Shown: in pieces, positions 61,613 through 64,000 of the stretch
Position numbering within the stretch: position 1 is the stretch's first letter
How the letters are laid out: every line of letters starts with the position of its first letter
NCBI GenBank assembly: GCA_964438895.1
Contig: CAYTMJ010000001.1
Coordinates: forward strand, 223,746 to 287,745
From: an uncultured Syntrophobacterales bacterium
GTDB lineage: Bacteria; Desulfobacterota; Binatia; UBA9968; JAJDTQ01
DNA: 64,000 bases
Direction: 5' to 3'
The notes under the pieces: model-generated
Told to the model about the DNA's origin: nothing
Database searches by the model: none
What the model saw: only the letters and a program-made list of their open reading frames with translations
Position numbers and translations under genes: made by a program

Positions 61613-61762
61613 TGGCAATGAATCACCATAAAGATTGACATCCAGACCCTCAATTTCCATGTCCTCGTCGACCCGCAATCCGACGATCAAATCAACAACT
61701 TTGATTAAAGCTAAATGCGTGCCGTCTTTCGGACTATCCCCTAACGTCTCGATAAACCGTGA
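61613..61762 (-). pseudogene. Ammonium transporter (Amt) C-terminal tail remnant
   Basis: Minus-strand translation gives ...LALIKVVDLIVGLRVDEDMEIEGLDVNLYGDSLP*, matching the conserved Amt cytoplasmic tail (GLRV.EE.E.EGLD...HGE). A stop codon lies 3 codons upstream of the similarity, so no transmembrane body is present. Confidence 0.4.
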
Positions 61763-62199
61763 TTAAATTGAATCGACGAATATTTTAGCGATTTTTTGGA
61801 AAGCAAGACTGCCCAAGTTTTAATCAAAAATCTTGGCGTGCCAAAAACAAGGACACAACGGTTTAGGGGTCTGGGAGGCGTATTGTGATTTCAAAGAGAT
61901 CGAAAATAGGTACAATGGGATCTAGTGTTCATGCTACAGACCAAGTTCTACTTGGCAGATTCTAACGCGTTATTTTGGTGACAAATTTTTCCACACACCA
62001 CAGGTTGTGGCAAAACTGGCTTAATTACAATTACTTATAGAAACGGCGAGCAGAGTAGGAGCGATGTGCCCTCAGAGAGGCACTCCGTCCCCTTCCAATA
62101 GTTCGTGACTTTCGGTGTTGTTACTTATATTGTGTTTCCGAATGGTGTCAGCGAATAAAGCTGGGGTCACAGAAAGAAGTCTAGAAAAGGAGTACAACG

Positions 62200-62391
62200 G
62201 TGGAATTAGTTCTAATTTTAGGGGGCGTCTGGTTTCTTAGTTATGCTTATCAACGTAGCAGGCAAGCGCAGAAGGACTACGTGGACACAAAGATTCAAGA
62301 ACTGCACGACACAATCATGGAAGAAGTGCGGGCAATTGTAAACGGGGAGGTAGCAAACGAGGAGGTAACAAACGAGGAGGTAACAAAGTAG
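62200..62391 (+). CDS. Small single-TM protein with an (NEEVT) tandem-repeat tail
   Basis: An N-terminal TM helix (LVLILGGVWFLSYAY). The 3' end contains a 15-bp tandem repeat (aacgaggaggtaaca, about 2.5 copies). Confidence 0.3.
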   Translation: MELVLILGGVWFLSYAYQRSRQAQKDYVDTKIQELHDTIMEEVRAIVNGEVANEEVTNEEVTK

Positions 62392-62635
62392 TTGAGGAAG
62401 ACACCACGGACGATGGTGGCGGTTCAACGCAGTTCAACAAGCAGCGTGCCAATATGACAATGGGGAGAAAGTGTTTCGATAACAATAGCCTGCGAGTTTC
62501 AAGTACCGGCCCCTCGGCCTCTACCGCACATAACCCCTGTCGGAGCTTCAACCCGCTGTATCCAAGGAGCACTGACCGACCGTTGACAATCCGAACAGGC
62601 CGCACGGCCCTTGCCTAATCGAGGATGTAGTTCAT

Positions 62636-64000
62636 ATGAGCAACCACAACTTCGTACACCTCCACTGCCATACCCAGTATAGCCTTCTCGACGGGGCTAA
62701 CAAGATCGACCTCCTCATTGAGCGGGCAAAAAGCCTGGGGCAACCGGCCATCGCCATGACCGACCACGGCAACATGTTCGGCGCTGTGGATTTCTACCGA
62801 AAGGCAGTGGCGGCCGGCATCAAGCCAATCTTAGGGTGCGAAGTCTACGTGGCTCCAGGTAGCCGCTACGAGCGTCAGGGGGTCGATCGTGGAAACAGAG
62901 AACATAACCATCACCTAATCCTGCTTGCCATGAACAACGAGGGTTATCGCAACCTCTGCAAGCTTGTCACTTTGGGTTTCACCCAGGGATTCTACTACAA
63001 GCCTCGGATCGACAAGGAGCTGCTGCAAGAGCATAACGCCGGGATCATTGCCCTAAGCGGTTGCCTGAGTGGCGAGATGGCCAAAGCGCTGACAATGGGC
63101 TCGATGGACCAGGCTAGAATAGTGGCCGAAAATTACCGAGCCATCTTCGACGACCGTTATTACCTCGAGGCCCAGGACAACAAGCTGCCACTACAGGAAA
63201 AGGTCAACACCGGCATACTTGAGCTCAGCAAAGAGCTGTCCCTCCCCGTTGTGGCCACAAACGACTGCCACTACCTGGATTCTGACGACGCCGAAGCCCA
63301 CGACATCCTACTATGCATCCAGACAGGCAAGGGGCACAACGACCCCAACCGGATGAAGATGGAAACCGAGGAGCTCTTCGTCAAGTCTACCGATCAGATG
63401 CTGGCCGGATTCGCGCACCTACCTGATGCCGTTGACCAGACCGTTGCCGTCGCAGAACGTTGCGACTTGGAAATCGAGTTTGGCAAATACCACTTTCCCC
63501 GATACGAAGCGCCAGACTCCCAAACCCTCGACGACTACCTCGACTCATCTGCGCTCAAGGGGCTCGAAGAGCGGCTCGAAAACGCTGGCGAAGTCGATCT
63601 GGACGTCTATCGTGCCAGACTCGACTACGAACTAGACGTTATCAAGAGCATGCAGTTTCCGGGCTATTTCCTCATAGTGGCAGACTTCATCAACTACGCG
63701 AAGGACAAGGGCATCCCGGTAGGTCCGGGGCGCGGCTCTGCCGCCGGCAGCCTAGTGGCCTACGCCCTTCGTATCACCGATCTCGATCCAATACGGCACA
63801 ATCTCTTGTTCGAGCGTTTTCTCAATCCGGAACGGCGCTCCATGCCAGATATTGACGTAGACTTCTGCATCCGTGGCCGGGACCAAATCATCCAATATGT
63901 GAAGGATAAGTACGGCGCCGACAAGGTGGCCCAGATTACCACTTTCGGAACTCTCAAGGCCAAGGCCGCTATTCGTGACGTAGGACGAGCTTTGGGGCTA
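62636..64000 (+). CDS. dnaE: DNA polymerase III alpha subunit (PHP domain N-terminus), 3' partial
   Basis: [21 protein letters not shown]...[12 protein letters not shown] is a canonical DnaE PHP start, and the frame stays open to the window end. Confidence 0.9.
   Translation, partial: MSNHNFVHLHCHTQYSLLDGANKIDLLIERAKSLGQPAIAMTDHGNMFGAVDFYRKAVAAGIKPILGCEVYVAPGSRYERQGVDRGNREHNHHLILLAMNNEGYRNLCKLVTLGFTQGFYYKPRIDKELLQEHNAGIIALSGCLSGEMAKALTMGSMDQARIVAENYRAIFDDRYYLEAQDNKLPLQEKVNTGILELSKELSLPVVATNDCHYLDSDDAEAHDILLCIQTGKGHNDPNRMKMETEELFVKSTDQMLAGFAHLPDAVDQTVAVAERCDLEIEFGKYHFPRYEAPDSQTLDDYLDSSALKGLEERLENAGEVDLDVYRARLDYELDVIKSMQFPGYFLIVADFINYAKDKGIPVGPGRGSAAGSLVAYALRITDLDPIRHNLLFERFLNPERRSMPDIDVDFCIRGRDQIIQYVKDKYGADKVAQITTFGTLKAKAAIRDVGRALGL

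Noticed and set aside
1-64000. CRISPR arrays, tRNA, rRNA and tmRNA genes.
   Set aside because: No regularly spaced direct repeats with unique spacers were found. No cloverleaf-compatible GGTTCGA-type T-arms were found. The only tandem repeats are coding ones: the pentapeptide-repeat gene, the Sel1 genes and the 15-bp NEEVT repeat.

Overview
This 64-kb window comes from a high-GC bacterial chromosome with Gram-negative-type envelope genes (kdsB, a GT9 heptosyltransferase-like gene, tatAC). The first ~24 kb is core metabolism: a pccB-accC-accB acyl-CoA carboxylase operon, tatA/tatC, an HDAC-family deacetylase, fabF-fabH, pyrE, pyrR, a NitT/TauT-type ABC importer, two M20 amidohydrolases, two DUF1989 (carboxyguanidine-deiminase-like) paralogs, a ferritin-like diiron protein and etfBA. 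The rest is a mosaic of lower-GC accessory DNA interleaved with housekeeping genes (guaBA, trmI, typA, a DEAD-box helicase, the start of dnaE). The accessory parts are: (1) a low-GC envelope-polysaccharide island carrying a GT-like gene and an asnB-like amidotransferase; (2) a tyrosine-integrase C-terminal remnant followed by a pyruvyl transferase gene and a TPR+GT9 gene; (3) a solo Cas4-like PD-(D/E)XK nuclease bracketed by two copies of a very acidic ~96-aa protein, with a third copy 5 kb away, next to a MORN/YwqK-like protein and two secreted Sel1-repeat proteins; (4) a block of orphan genes including an SNase-like nuclease, a VOC-family protein and an F420-type nitroreductase. No CRISPR array, tRNA or rRNA was found. 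The two best candidates for an undescribed system are the nuclease/acidic-protein module and the split DUF1989 (CgdAB-like) cluster with the transporter and amidohydrolases but no carboxylase.
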